From NCBI GenBank assembly GCA_965221775.1, contig CBDCSU010000004.1:992001-1056000 (forward strand): a stretch of 64,000 bases of DNA. Reading direction: 5' to 3'. A program made the position numbers and the translations under genes. The DNA is from Candidatus Latescibacterota bacterium (GTDB lineage: Bacteria; Latescibacterota; UBA2968; UBA8231). Under the pieces are notes generated by a model, which saw only the letters and a program-made list of their open reading frames with translations, ran no database searches and was not told where the DNA came from. Positions 19,673-29,735 of the stretch are shown here, piece by piece (the first letter of the stretch is position 1; every line of letters starts with the position of its first letter).

Positions 19673-20803
19673 TCAGAGCCGCACCGAGGCCACGGCCTGC
19701 GCCGCCATCCCCTCCTGCCGGCCGATGAACCCGAGGCGCTCGGTGGTCGTCGCCTTGACGCTGATCCGGCGGGGATCGATTCCCAGGGCGCCGGCGAGGG
19801 TTTCGGCCATGGTCCCGGCGTGGGGGGCCAGCTTCGGCGCCTGCGCCATGACCACGGCATCGACGTTGACGACCTCCGCCGCCACCTCCCGCAGGCGGTC
19901 CCCCACCCGGGCGAGGAGGACGAGACTGGAGATGCCCTCGTACTCGGGGTCGTCGTCGGGGAAGAGACGCCCGATGTCCCCCAGGCCGGCGGCTCCCAGG
20001 AGGGAGTCGATGACGGCGTGGGTAAGGACATCCGCGTCCGAGTGACCGGCGAGCCCCCGGTCGGAGGGGATGGCGACACCGCCCAGGACCAGCGGCCGGC
20101 CGGCGGTGAAGGCATGCACGTCGTAGCCGATCCCGGTCCGCACCTCGGCGGCGGACCGAAGGTCCTCGGGGTGGGTGATCTTCACGTTCTCCTCCTCCCC
20201 CCGCACCACGTGCACGGGGATCCCCGCCCGCTCCAGCATGGAGGCCTCGTCCGTCGGCGGCGGGCCTGGCGCGGACGATCGAAAGGCCCCTTCCAGAAGG
20301 GAGCGGCGGAAACCCTGGGGGGTCTGGGCGCGGAAGAGGCGGCTGCGGTCGGGCGACTCGATGACCCGGCTGCCGTCGACGACCTTGATCGTCTCCGTCA
20401 CCGGCAGGACGGGCACCGCGGCCCCGTGCTCCTCCGCCGCCGCCGCGACGCGCTCGATCAGGTCCGTCGATACCCACGGCCGCACGGCGTCGTGCACGAG
20501 AACGAGCCCTTCGTCGGCGACGGCCTCCAGCCCCGCCCGCACCGACTCCGACCGGGTGGAACCGCCGATGACCGGAGCCTGGAGCTTGTCGAGGAGGGGA
20601 TCGGAGGCGATGCGCCCGAAGCGCTCCTCGTCATCGCCGTGGATGGCCGCGATGATCCGCCCGATCCTCGGGCTGGCCTGCAGGCGCGCCAGGGTGTGCC
20701 AGAAGACCGGGCGTCCCCTCAGCAGCCGGTACTGCTTGGCCGGCCCTTCGCCCATGCGGAGGCCCCGGCCGGCGGCGGGGACGATGGCGGCGGCCGTCGT
20801 CAT
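19673..20803 (-). CDS. ispDF: Bifunctional IspD/IspF (MEP pathway)
   Basis: [33 protein letters not shown]; then [29 protein letters not shown]. Confidence 0.96.
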   Translation of the reverse strand: MTTAAAIVPAAGRGLRMGEGPAKQYRLLRGRPVFWHTLARLQASPRIGRIIAAIHGDDEERFGRIASDPLLDKLQAPVIGGSTRSESVRAGLEAVADEGLVLVHDAVRPWVSTDLIERVAAAAEEHGAAVPVLPVTETIKVVDGSRVIESPDRSRLFRAQTPQGFRRSLLEGAFRSSAPGPPPTDEASMLERAGIPVHVVRGEEENVKITHPEDLRSAAEVRTGIGYDVHAFTAGRPLVLGGVAIPSDRGLAGHSDADVLTHAVIDSLLGAAGLGDIGRLFPDDDPEYEGISSLVLLARVGDRLREVAAEVVNVDAVVMAQAPKLAPHAGTMAETLAGALGIDPRRISVKATTTERLGFIGRQEGMAAQAVASVRL

Positions 20804-20804
20804 G

Positions 20805-21863
20805 TCAGGCGATGAACATGGCGTCGCCGTAGCTGTGGAAGCGATAGTCCTTGCGCACCGCCTCGACGTAGGCGTCCAGCAGCCTGTCGCGGCCGGCAAA
20901 GGCGGCGGCCAGCATGAGCAGGCTGGACCGCGGCCGGTGGAAGTTGGTGATCAGGGCATCCACCGCCCGGAAGTGGTGGGGGGGTTTGATGACGAGGTCG
21001 GTCCAGCCCTCTCCCGCCCGCAGCCCCCGGCCGTCCCAGGCGGACTCGAGGACGCGCACGGCCGTGGTGCCCACGGCGATCGCCCTGCCTCCCGCCTGGC
21101 GGCGCCGGTTCACCTCCTCGGCGGTCTCGACGGGCAGGCGGTAGTACTCCGCCGCCACTCGGTGGCGCCGCGGGTCGGCGCAGCGGATGGTCTCGAAGGT
21201 CCCGGGGCCGACGTGGAGGACGAGGTGCGCCACCGCCACTCCCAGCGACCGGACGCGGTCCAGCAGCTCGCCGGTGAAGTGCAGTCCGGCCGTGGGGGCG
21301 GCGATCGATCCCGGATCACGGGCGTAGACGGTCTGGTAGCGGTCCCGGTCCAGGGGCTCGCCCTCGCGGCGGATGTAGGGAGGCAGCGGCACCTCGCCGG
21401 CCCGCTCCAGCAGCGGCAGGAGAGCCTTGAACCCGGTGGGATCGTCCTCGGGCGCCTCGGCCCCCGCCGGGGGCAGACGAAGGCGGACCCTGTCCTCGAC
21501 CCGCTCGACAACCTCCAGGGAGTCCTGTGAGCCGTCGAGGTCGATGCGATCCCCCGGCGCCAGTCCCCGCAGGGGCCGGGCCATGGCCAGCCAGCACTCC
21601 TCCTCCCGGCCGAGGAGCAGGATCTGAACCCGTCCCCCCGTCCGCGCCTTGCGTCCGTTGAGCCGGGCCGACACCACCCGGCTCCGGTTCAGGACGAGGA
21701 CGTCTCCGGGGCGCAGGAGGTCGGGAACCTGGCGGAACAGGAGATGGCGCCGGCTGCCGCCATCCCGATCGATGGCCAGCAGGCGCGATGCGTCGCGGCG
21801 GCAGGAAGGGTACTGGGCTACGAGCCCCTCGGGCAGGTCGAAGTCGAGGTCTTCGAGACGCAT
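20805..21863 (-). CDS. queA: S-adenosylmethionine:tRNA ribosyltransferase-isomerase
   Basis: [48 protein letters not shown]. Confidence 0.97.
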   Translation of the reverse strand: MRLEDLDFDLPEGLVAQYPSCRRDASRLLAIDRDGGSRRHLLFRQVPDLLRPGDVLVLNRSRVVSARLNGRKARTGGRVQILLLGREEECWLAMARPLRGLAPGDRIDLDGSQDSLEVVERVEDRVRLRLPPAGAEAPEDDPTGFKALLPLLERAGEVPLPPYIRREGEPLDRDRYQTVYARDPGSIAAPTAGLHFTGELLDRVRSLGVAVAHLVLHVGPGTFETIRCADPRRHRVAAEYYRLPVETAEEVNRRRQAGGRAIAVGTTAVRVLESAWDGRGLRAGEGWTDLVIKPPHHFRAVDALITNFHRPRSSLLMLAAAFAGRDRLLDAYVEAVRKDYRFHSYGDAMFIA

Positions 21864-21913
21864 GGGGGGGCTTGCTCCGGGACGCGGCAAGCTACGGGGG
21901 GTCGAGAGGGGGG

Positions 21914-22597
21914 TCAAGCGTGGCGGAAGATCGTGCTCAGGATCTTCCACCCGGCCCGCACCGTCCCTGTCAGGGTCCCGGTGACCTTCGAGGCCCCGGC
22001 CAGGCGGCGCCGGTAGCTGACCGGCACCTCGACGGCGGCCACGCCGAGACGCGCGGCCTTGACCTGCATCTCGACGGTCCAGCCGAAATCACGGTCGGAC
22101 ATGCCGATGCGCTCGAGGGTCTCCCGCCGGATCGCCCGGAAGGGCCCGAGGTCGGTGTACGATACACCGTACAGCCACCGGATCAGGACGGTGGCCAGGG
22201 CGTTGCCGAAGCGGGCCTGGGGCAGCATCGCCCCGGGCTCACGCCGGCCGAGGACCCGTGAGCCGACGACGAAGTCGGCCCGGCCCGCCAGCAGCGGCTC
22301 GACGAGATCCACCATCTCCCCGGGGAAATCGCTGTAGTCCCCGTCGAGGAAAACGACGATCTCGGTCTCCGGATGCAGCGCGGCGATCCCGGCCAGGCAG
22401 GCCTGCCCGTACCCCCTTCGGGGTTCGTGGACGACGCGGGCCCCCCACTCGGCCGCCCTCTGCGCGGTGGTGTCACTGGAGTCGTTGTCGACGACGATGA
22501 CGTCGTCTGCGGTTGCGGGCGGAATGTCGGCCAGGACGCGAAGGATGGCGTCCTGCTCGTTGTGGGCGGGGATGATGACCGCGACCTTGCCCGCCAA
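21914..22597 (-). CDS. Glycosyltransferase family 2 (DPM-like)
   Basis: IIPAHNE, VVDNDSSDTT, GYGQAC, FLDGDYSD, TDLGPFRAI. Confidence 0.9.
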   Translation of the reverse strand: MAGKVAVIIPAHNEQDAILRVLADIPPATADDVIVVDNDSSDTTAQRAAEWGARVVHEPRRGYGQACLAGIAALHPETEIVVFLDGDYSDFPGEMVDLVEPLLAGRADFVVGSRVLGRREPGAMLPQARFGNALATVLIRWLYGVSYTDLGPFRAIRRETLERIGMSDRDFGWTVEMQVKAARLGVAAVEVPVSYRRRLAGASKVTGTLTGTVRAGWKILSTIFRHA

Positions 22598-22631
22598 CTG
22601 GAGGATCGCCGGCGCCCGGAGGCCGCGTCTT

Positions 22632-23474
22632 CTAGAGGTGCGCCTGGAGCCAGTCGAGGATCCGCTGCATGACCCCCGGCGTGTTCAGCAGCTCGAAGCC
22701 GTGGGCGGCGCTCTCCTCGACGATGTGCAGACTCGACTCCGGCGTGTTCTCGGCCAGGAGGGAGGCCCACTCCCACAGATTGACGACCGTGTCGCCGAGG
22801 GTCAGGGTATCCGCGCCCCCCACGAGGTAGAGGATGGTGTGGGGTGCGAACGGTGAGATGCCCCCGCCGATGACGACAGGCCGCAGGTCGGGATCCCAGA
22901 ACCCCGGGGACAGGGCCACGCCGGCGCGAAGGTCGTCGGCGAAGGCCCCCATGCTCACGAAGGCGACACTGGCGCCGAGGCCGACGCCGATGACACCGAT
23001 GCGGGCCCTGTCGGCCGTGGGCTGGCCGCGCAGCCAGCTGATGGCGGCGCCCACCTCCAGGTGCATCTCTTCGAGATCGGCGTAGGTCAGCTGTCCGGCC
23101 GGACGGCCGTCGTCGGGCAGGGGTGTCTCCCCGTGGCCGCGCAGGTCGACGGCCAGGGCGTGGTAGCCGGCCTCCAGGATCGCCGGGAACCGATCGGACA
23201 GCACCCACTCCAGGCGGGCGAGCGGATCTCCAAGGCCGTGGATGAGGATGACCACGGGGCGGGTCTCCTCGCTGGCGCGGACATAGGAGGCCGCCACGGG
23301 GATCTCGTCGACCGTGGGAAAGGTGACCTCCTGTATCCGGTAGAGACGACCCTCCGCGGCGGGAAACTCGGGACCCGTGATCTGCGTGCGGTCGTCGTCG
23401 TCGGCGCAGCCGATGGACAGCGCCGCGGCCAGCACCAGCGGGCGCTGGAACCTCGCGAGGAGGGATTGGATCAA
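22632..23474 (-). CDS. Alpha/beta hydrolase-fold lipoprotein
   Basis: Lipobox LSIG-C; ILIHG, DLRGHGE, elbow GVGLG, late D and HG. Confidence 0.75.
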   Translation of the reverse strand: MIQSLLARFQRPLVLAAALSIGCADDDDRTQITGPEFPAAEGRLYRIQEVTFPTVDEIPVAASYVRASEETRPVVILIHGLGDPLARLEWVLSDRFPAILEAGYHALAVDLRGHGETPLPDDGRPAGQLTYADLEEMHLEVGAAISWLRGQPTADRARIGVIGVGLGASVAFVSMGAFADDLRAGVALSPGFWDPDLRPVVIGGGISPFAPHTILYLVGGADTLTLGDTVVNLWEWASLLAENTPESSLHIVEESAAHGFELLNTPGVMQRILDWLQAHL

Positions 23475-23613
23475 AGCAGCCTCTCAGGCTTGGCGGCCCG
23501 TCACCGGCCGCGATGCGTCACTTGACGGGCGCCGCAGAACTGGCGCCCTTATGAGCACGCTTTCGAAGGTAACCCCCCGCAGTGGCGGGGGCAACGCATC
23601 CTCCCTCCCGGCG

Positions 23614-25338
23614 ATGATCCGTACCCGATCTCTCTCCGTCGACCACCCCGGCGGCATCCAGGCCCTGCGTGGCGTCGACCTGGAGGTGGCCCAGGGTGAG
23701 TGGGTGGCGCTCATGGGCCCGAACGGCTCCGGAAAGACCACCCTCGCCCGCGCCCTCAACGCCCTTGTGCTGCCGACCTCGGGCAGCGTCAGCGTCGACG
23801 GCCTGTCCACGGCGGAGGAAACCAGCCTCCCGGAGATCCGGCGCCGGGTGGCGATGGTCTTCCAGCATCCGGACGACCAGCTCGTGGCGCCGACGGTCGA
23901 GTCCGAGATCGCCTTCGGACTGGAGAACCACGGCGTCGAGCCGGGGGCCATGCGCCGCCGCGTCGAGGAGGTTCTGCGGGAGTTCGACCTCGACGTCTAC
24001 CGGAACCATCCTCCCCATCTGCTGTCGGGGGGAGAGCGCCAGAGACTCGCCGTCGCCTCGGCCGTGGCCGTGCGGCCCCGCTACCTCGTGCTCGATGAGC
24101 CCACGGCCCTGCTGGATCCCGGGAGCCGCCGCAACCTGGTCGAGACCGTGTCCCGGCTGTGGCGACGGCACGGCCTGACCCTCCTGCAGATCACCCAGTC
24201 TCCGGAGGAGGCGGCCGAGGCCGGGCGCCTCCTGATCCTGTGCGAGGGGCGGATCCTGGAGGACGGACCGCCGTCCAGGGTGTTCTCCGGCGGCGCGCGG
24301 TTGCGCCGGATCGGCCTCTCCGTGCCCTTGGCCGCCGAGGCCGCGGAGGCGGCGGGAGGGAGTGCTTCCGACGCCCTGGATCTGAAGGGACTCGCCGGCT
24401 GGCTGACGGACCGCTTCTCGCCGAACCGTCACCATCCGGAAGCCCCCGCCTCCGGCGTCCCCGAGGCCGCTCCGAGCCGGCTGTCCGCACGCCAGGTGGG
24501 ACACACCTACCGCAACGGTCTGCCGGCGCCGGTGGCGGCACTGCACGGAGTCGACCTGGAGGTCCCCGGCGGTCTGATCACCGGCCTGCTGGGCCCCGGC
24601 GGATCGGGCAAGACCACCCTGGCGCAGCACCTCAACGGGCTGCTGCGGCCGACGTCGGGGCAGGTCCTGCTCGACGGCGGCGACATATGGCTCACCGGCG
24701 ATGCGGCGGCCGTGCGGCGGGAGGTGGGACTGGTCTTCCAGTTCCCCGAGACCCAGCTCTTCGAGGAGACGGTGCAGGAGGATGCCGCCTTCGGCCCTCG
24801 GAACCACGGCCACGACGAAGCCGAGTCGCAACGACGGGCCGTCTCCGCACTCGACGCCGTGGGCCTGCCCGCCCCGGAGTTCGGCTCCCGGCCTCCCCTG
24901 AGTCTCAGCGGCGGGGAGCGAAGGCGGGCGGCGATCGCCGGCGTGCTCTCCATCCGGCCCTCCATCCTGGTCCTGGACGAGCCCACCGCCGGACTCGACC
25001 GCGGCAACCGGGAGAGGATCGCGGCCCTGCTCACGGATCTCGCCCGCGGCGGGCACGGGCTGGTGCTGATCAGCCACGACATGGACCTGGTGGCGGAGCT
25101 CTGCGGCCGCATCACCTGTCTGGACGCCGGACGGGTGCGGTGGCACGGCCCTACACGGGAGACCTTCGACCGGATCGGCGCTTGCGCCGACCCGGAGCTT
25201 CCCGTGGAGCTGCCCGGCGCCCTGCAGCTCGCCGTCGCCCTGAGGCGCCGCGGGTGGACGGTGCCGCCGTGGATGACACGCGACGAAGCCTGCGGCTTCC
25301 TTCGAAACCTGCGGCAGGCAGAGGAAGGAACAGGATGA
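23614..25338 (+). CDS. Fused dual ECF-type ABC ATPase (EcfA-EcfA')
   Basis: Two NBDs: GPNGSGKT/VFQHPDDQ/LSGGE/LDEPT and GPGGSGKT/VFQFPETQLFEETV/LSGGE/LDEPT. Confidence 0.9.
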   Translation: MIRTRSLSVDHPGGIQALRGVDLEVAQGEWVALMGPNGSGKTTLARALNALVLPTSGSVSVDGLSTAEETSLPEIRRRVAMVFQHPDDQLVAPTVESEIAFGLENHGVEPGAMRRRVEEVLREFDLDVYRNHPPHLLSGGERQRLAVASAVAVRPRYLVLDEPTALLDPGSRRNLVETVSRLWRRHGLTLLQITQSPEEAAEAGRLLILCEGRILEDGPPSRVFSGGARLRRIGLSVPLAAEAAEAAGGSASDALDLKGLAGWLTDRFSPNRHHPEAPASGVPEAAPSRLSARQVGHTYRNGLPAPVAALHGVDLEVPGGLITGLLGPGGSGKTTLAQHLNGLLRPTSGQVLLDGGDIWLTGDAAAVRREVGLVFQFPETQLFEETVQEDAAFGPRNHGHDEAESQRRAVSALDAVGLPAPEFGSRPPLSLSGGERRRAAIAGVLSIRPSILVLDEPTAGLDRGNRERIAALLTDLARGGHGLVLISHDMDLVAELCGRITCLDAGRVRWHGPTRETFDRIGACADPELPVELPGALQLAVALRRRGWTVPPWMTRDEACGFLRNLRQAEEGTG

Positions 25339-26624
25339 GGGCAGACACCGGGGGGGAGCTGGTCCTGCGGGGTGGACGCGTCGTCGATCCCGCCCGCGGC
25401 GTCGACGCCGTGGGCGAACTGATCATCTCGAAAGGCCGGGTCGCAGCGGGAGCCGCGCCGGGAGCGGAGGTCGTCGACGTTTCCGGACGGATCGTCTGCC
25501 CTGGCTTCATCGACTCTCACGTGCACCTGCGCGAACCGGGGTTCGAACACAAGGAGACGATCGCCTCCGGCACCGCCGCCGCCGCCGCGGGCGGCTTCAC
25601 CGCCGTCGCCGCCATGCCGAACACCGAGCCGCCGCCGGACTCCGCCGGCCGCGTGCGCGACCTCGCCCGGCGCGCCGGAAAGGACGCCCGCATCCGGGTC
25701 CACGCCATCGGGTCGATCACCCTGGGCCGGGCCGGCCGGGAGCTGGCCCCCCTCGCGGAGATGGCGGAGGCCGGGGCGGTGGCGTTCTCCGACGACGGCG
25801 ACCCGGTGGAGGAGGAGGGCCTCATGCGCGCCGCCCTCGAGGAGGCCCGGCGGCTCGGCCGTCCGCTCTTTCCACACGAGGAGGTGCGGTCCCTCACCGC
25901 CGGCGGCTGCATGCACGAGGGCGAGGTCTCGGCCCGCCTGGGGGTGCGCGGCATGCCCGCGGCGGGCGAGGAGGAGATGATCCGGCGGGACATCGACCTC
26001 GTCCGCCGGACCGGCGGGCCCCTGCACATCGCCCACATCAGCACCGCGGGCACGGTGGAGCTGGTCCGCGCCGCCAAGGCCGAGGGCCTGCCGGTGACCT
26101 GCGAAGCGCTGCCCCACCACTTCACCCTCACCGATGAAGAAGTGGCCCGCCAGGGACCGCTGGCGAAGATGGCGCCCCCCCTGCGCTCGGCAGCCGACGT
26201 GGCCGCCATTCTCGCCGGGCTGGCCGACGGGACGATCGACACGATCGCCACCGATCACGCGCCGCACACGGCGGCGGAGAAGTCCTGTCCCATGCCCGAG
26301 GCGGCCTTCGGCATCGTCGGACTGGAGACGGCCATCGGGCTGTCGATCGCATCCCTCGTGGAGACCGGACTGCTCGACCTGCCGGCCCTCGTCGATCGCT
26401 GGTCCGCGGCCCCGGCCCGCATCCTGGGTCTGCCCGGCGGACGGCTGGCCGAGGGCGATCCGGGGGACGTCACGGTGATCGACCCGGCCCGCCGCTGGAC
26501 CGTGGACCCCGCCGCCTTCCACTCGCGTTCGCGCAACACCCCCTTCGCCGGGTGCGAGCTCGTCGGCCGGGCGGTGGCGACGGTGGTGGCCGGACGGGTG
26601 GTCTACCGGGAACCGGGGCTGTAG
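25335..26624 (+). CDS. pyrC: Dihydroorotase (type I, long)
   Basis: DSHVHLREPG, AMPNT, FSDDG, HIAHIS, PPLR, IATDHAPH, SRNTPF; ATGA overlap with upstream gene. Confidence 0.93.
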   Translation: MRADTGGELVLRGGRVVDPARGVDAVGELIISKGRVAAGAAPGAEVVDVSGRIVCPGFIDSHVHLREPGFEHKETIASGTAAAAAGGFTAVAAMPNTEPPPDSAGRVRDLARRAGKDARIRVHAIGSITLGRAGRELAPLAEMAEAGAVAFSDDGDPVEEEGLMRAALEEARRLGRPLFPHEEVRSLTAGGCMHEGEVSARLGVRGMPAAGEEEMIRRDIDLVRRTGGPLHIAHISTAGTVELVRAAKAEGLPVTCEALPHHFTLTDEEVARQGPLAKMAPPLRSAADVAAILAGLADGTIDTIATDHAPHTAAEKSCPMPEAAFGIVGLETAIGLSIASLVETGLLDLPALVDRWSAAPARILGLPGGRLAEGDPGDVTVIDPARRWTVDPAAFHSRSRNTPFAGCELVGRAVATVVAGRVVYREPGL

Positions 26625-26633
26625 AGTCGGCGC

Positions 26634-27803
26634 TCAGGCTCCGGAGTCGAAGGCGTCCTCCATGTGCTCGACGGCCGGCGTCCGGGCGGAGAGATCGACG
26701 GCGACGACGTCGAACCGGTACTCCGTCCCCGGGGCGGCGGATCTCTCCACGAACTGGCGGGCACAGCGGATCAGCTTGCGGCGCTTGTCCCGGCGGACCC
26801 GGTCCTCCGGCCGATCCGACGCCCGGTCGGTGGACTTGACCTCGACGAAGACACAGCAGTCCCCGTCCGCGGCGATGAGATCGATCTCCCCGCCGGCGGC
26901 GCGGTAACGGCGGTGGAGGACGCGGTACCCCTTGTCGCGGAGGTAGTCGGCGGCGACGGTCTCCCCATCCCGCCCGGTGTCCGGGCCGAGGTCCAGACTG
27001 AGCTGTTCGCGCTGGGCCAGTGGCGAGAACGTTCGGCGGTGGAGCGGGCAGGGACCGTGGCGTGCCAGGGCCTCCCGGTGCGCGGGGCTCGCGTATCCCT
27101 TGTTGGTGTCGAAGCCGTACTCGGGAAACCGCCGGTGTAGCTCCTCCATCATCCGGTCCCGGTGCTCCTTGGCCACCACGGAGGCTGCGGCGATGCTCAG
27201 GGAGCGCGCGTCGCCGTCGACGACGGCGGTTTCGGGCAGGCCGCTGCCCGGAGCCCGGGCGCCGTCCACCAGGACCCGGTCCGGGGTCGGATCGAGGCCC
27301 GAGATCGCCATGCGCATCGCCTCCATGGAGGCCTCGAGGATGTTGATCCGGTCGATCACCTCCGCGGCTACCGGGGCGACGGCCCAGGAAAGGGCCAGGG
27401 CGAGGATCTCGTCCCGGAGCCGGGCGCGGGTGCCGGCGTCGAGAACCTTCGAGTCGTCGAGGTCGAAGAGCTCGCCCGCCCGCGCCGCCTCGGGGGGCAG
27501 CACGACGGCCGCGGCCACGACCGGACCCGCCAGGCATCCCCGCCCGACCTCGTCCACCCCGGCCACCCGCAGCGGGCCCTCCTGCCAGTACCGCTCCTCG
27601 AGGTCCCGCAACCGGCGCCGGCGCCGGTTCTCGGCCATGCGCGCCCGGTAACGGCGCCGTTCGCGCATGGCCAGGAGACGCACTCCGGCGCGGCGGTCCC
27701 GCTCCAGCAGGGCGATGACCCGCCGGCCGGCGCCGGCGCCCGCCAGGGCCGCCTCGATCTGCGCCACCGTCGCCCGGGGGATCGAGTCGGCGTCCAGCCT
27801 CAT
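26634..27803 (-). CDS. rnhB: Ribonuclease HII fused to C-terminal YraN (UPF0102) nuclease domain
   Basis: GVDEVGRG, DDSK, LVDG, SIAAASVVAK, NKGY, HRRTF; then GRDGE...YL..KGY, GEIDLIA, VFVEVK, RFDVVAV in one frame. Confidence 0.92.
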   Translation of the reverse strand: MRLDADSIPRATVAQIEAALAGAGAGRRVIALLERDRRAGVRLLAMRERRRYRARMAENRRRRRLRDLEERYWQEGPLRVAGVDEVGRGCLAGPVVAAAVVLPPEAARAGELFDLDDSKVLDAGTRARLRDEILALALSWAVAPVAAEVIDRINILEASMEAMRMAISGLDPTPDRVLVDGARAPGSGLPETAVVDGDARSLSIAAASVVAKEHRDRMMEELHRRFPEYGFDTNKGYASPAHREALARHGPCPLHRRTFSPLAQREQLSLDLGPDTGRDGETVAADYLRDKGYRVLHRRYRAAGGEIDLIAADGDCCVFVEVKSTDRASDRPEDRVRRDKRRKLIRCARQFVERSAAPGTEYRFDVVAVDLSARTPAVEHMEDAFDSGA

Positions 27804-27807
27804 GTCG

Positions 27808-27835
27808 TTGACTGTCCCGCGGCGAACCGTATATT
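27808..27835 (+). promoter_or_regulatory. Putative sigma70-type promoter
   Basis: TTGACT-N16-TATATT upstream of the 27900 ORF. Confidence 0.55.
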
Positions 27836-27899
27836 GCCGAAGACCGCTGCTGGAATCGAATTCGCCTTGTGGTGCAACACCTTACGCGGGAGGCACGCC

Positions 27900-28496
27900 A
27901 TGCGTCCGATGATCTCTCTGATCGTGGTCACCTGTCTCGCCCTGCAGCCCGCGGCGCTGCTGGCGCAGGGAGCTCCGGACGCCCGCATCTACCTGGCCGA
28001 CGGCACCGTCGTCATGGGGCAGTTGCTCAATCGCGACGACGATCTCCTCATCCTGCGGAGTGGAGATGGAGAGATCCACACCTTCGACGTCGCCGAGATC
28101 TCCAAGGTGGTCACCCTCGATTCCCTGGGCAGCCAGGCCCGCGTCGTCCAGGTCCGGGAGTTCCCGTACATCAGCTTCCTCGGCGGGACCGTGGCCCTCG
28201 GACTCATCTCCTGGCTCCAGTTCGACACCGCCTCCGCCCGCGACGAGGAGGCGCAGATCAACCGCAACAACAACTCGGATCTGGACGATCAGGCCGGCCT
28301 GCTCGCACGGGCCCAGGACCTCGAGGACAAGGCCGACCGGGCCCGCCTCTGGGGCTGGAGCTCGGGCGCGCTCGCCGCCGCATGCCTGGGTGTGGCCCTG
28401 ATCCCTCGCACCAAGACCACGAAGGTCTTCCCCACCCTGTCCCTCGACGCGGCGGGAAAGCCGGCGGTTCAACTCGTCTACCGGCACGCCTTCTGA
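27900..28496 (+). CDS. Hypothetical exported/membrane protein
   Basis: GGAGG RBS, signal peptide, small beta domain, two hydrophobic helices, C-terminal strand ending in F. Confidence 0.8.
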   Translation: MRPMISLIVVTCLALQPAALLAQGAPDARIYLADGTVVMGQLLNRDDDLLILRSGDGEIHTFDVAEISKVVTLDSLGSQARVVQVREFPYISFLGGTVALGLISWLQFDTASARDEEAQINRNNNSDLDDQAGLLARAQDLEDKADRARLWGWSSGALAAACLGVALIPRTKTTKVFPTLSLDAAGKPAVQLVYRHAF

Positions 28497-28569
28497 GGAG
28501 CTGCCGCCTCCGGGCTCCGGCCCTGCGGCCAGCGGTTTCTCTCCGGGAGGGCGGCGGTCGGTGCGGCCC

Positions 28570-29025
28570 TCAGCTGTCGGCTGCCCGGATTCGTTCCACC
28601 ACCGCGCGCAATCCGAGTACATAGCTCTCCGGGCCGAAGCCGGCGATCTGGCCGAGGCAGACGGGGGCGATCACGGAGCGGCGGCGGAAGGACTCGCGGC
28701 CGTGGACGTTGGACAGGTGGACCTCGACGGTGGGCAGTCCCGCCGCCGAGACGGAATCCCGCAGGGCGAGGCTGTAGTGGGTGAAGGCCCCGGGGTTGAA
28801 GACGACACCATCGGCCCAGCTCCGGGCCTCGTGCAGGGCCTCGACCAACTCGCCCTCGTGGTTCGATTGCCGGCAGCGGACCTCGGCGCCCAGCTCGGCG
28901 GCGGCGGCCCTGACCCGCTCCTCGATGCCGGCGAGGGTATGGGAACCGTAGACCTCGGGCTCCCGGGTGCCGAGCAGATTCAGGTTGGGGCCGCTCAGAA
29001 CGAGGATGCTGCAGTCTCTTCGCAT
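28570..29025 (-). CDS. aroQ: Type II 3-dehydroquinate dehydratase
   Basis: [35 protein letters not shown]. Confidence 0.96.
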   Translation of the reverse strand: MRRDCSILVLSGPNLNLLGTREPEVYGSHTLAGIEERVRAAAAELGAEVRCRQSNHEGELVEALHEARSWADGVVFNPGAFTHYSLALRDSVSAAGLPTVEVHLSNVHGRESFRRRSVIAPVCLGQIAGFGPESYVLGLRAVVERIRAADS

Positions 29026-29735
29026 TGCCACTCCATCACGGTGATGACCATCGCCGACAGGACGACGGCGGCGGTCTCGGCGCGCAGCCTTCGATTCCCC
29101 CACGCGAACATCCGCGCCCCGAGGGAGCCAAGGGCGTCCAGTTCCTCCGGCGCGAAGCCCCCCTCGGGGCCCACGAAGAGCGCCGCGGACCGGGCTCCGG
29201 GGCAGCAGACCGAACGAAGATCGCCGGGGGCCGCGGGGTCGGCTACCAGAAGCCGGGCGCCCTCGGCCGCCATGGCCCCGGCGGCCTCGGGCAGGGGGAC
29301 CGGCTCGCTCACACGAGGCACGCGGCTCCGCCCGCACTGCTTGGCCGCCGACTGCGCCAACCGCCGCCAGCGGTCGCCGCGCCCCCCGGGCCGGGCGACG
29401 TTGCGCCGCGCCGTCACCGGGGTGATGGAGGCGACGCCCACCTCAGTGGCCTTCTCGACCACCAGGTCGAACCGGTGCCCCTTGACGAGGGCCGATGCCA
29501 GGTGCAGCCGCACGGGGCTCTCACCAAGATCCGACCTGCGTCCCACGATCCGGCCCGTCGCCCGTTCCTCCTCGATCGTCTGGATGCAGATGCGGTACCC
29601 CGTCCCCTCGCCGTCGATGACGTCGACCTCGTCGCCGGGACGGTGCCGGCGAACGCGGAGGTGATGGGCCTCCTCCGCCCCCAGCACCACGCCCCCCTCC
29701 CGGACGCAGGCCGCGTCAACGAGGAACGCCGGCAT
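28995..29735 (-). CDS. rsmE: 16S rRNA U1498 methyltransferase
   Basis: [36 protein letters not shown]. Confidence 0.95.
   Translation of the reverse strand: MPAFLVDAACVREGGVVLGAEEAHHLRVRRHRPGDEVDVIDGEGTGYRICIQTIEEERATGRIVGRRSDLGESPVRLHLASALVKGHRFDLVVEKATEVGVASITPVTARRNVARPGGRGDRWRRLAQSAAKQCGRSRVPRVSEPVPLPEAAGAMAAEGARLLVADPAAPGDLRSVCCPGARSAALFVGPEGGFAPEELDALGSLGARMFAWGNRRLRAETAAVVLSAMVITVMEWQCEETAASSF

Noticed and set aside
19673-20803. IspD-IspF fusion
   Set aside because: Well-known bifunctional form, not novel
24159-25334. Apparent N-terminal extension of pyrC (same pattern for murE, mrp, dedA, rsmE, nuoB-like and mlaF ORFs)
   Set aside because: Stop-free alternative frames overlapping the upstream gene; true starts are marked by stop/start overlaps or RBS, so these are not fusions
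28500-28570. GC-rich inverted repeat between convergent genes (similar ones near 13390-13430 and 54590-54615)
   Set aside because: Imperfect stems without U-tracts and not repeated elsewhere; cannot be called terminators or REP/MITE elements
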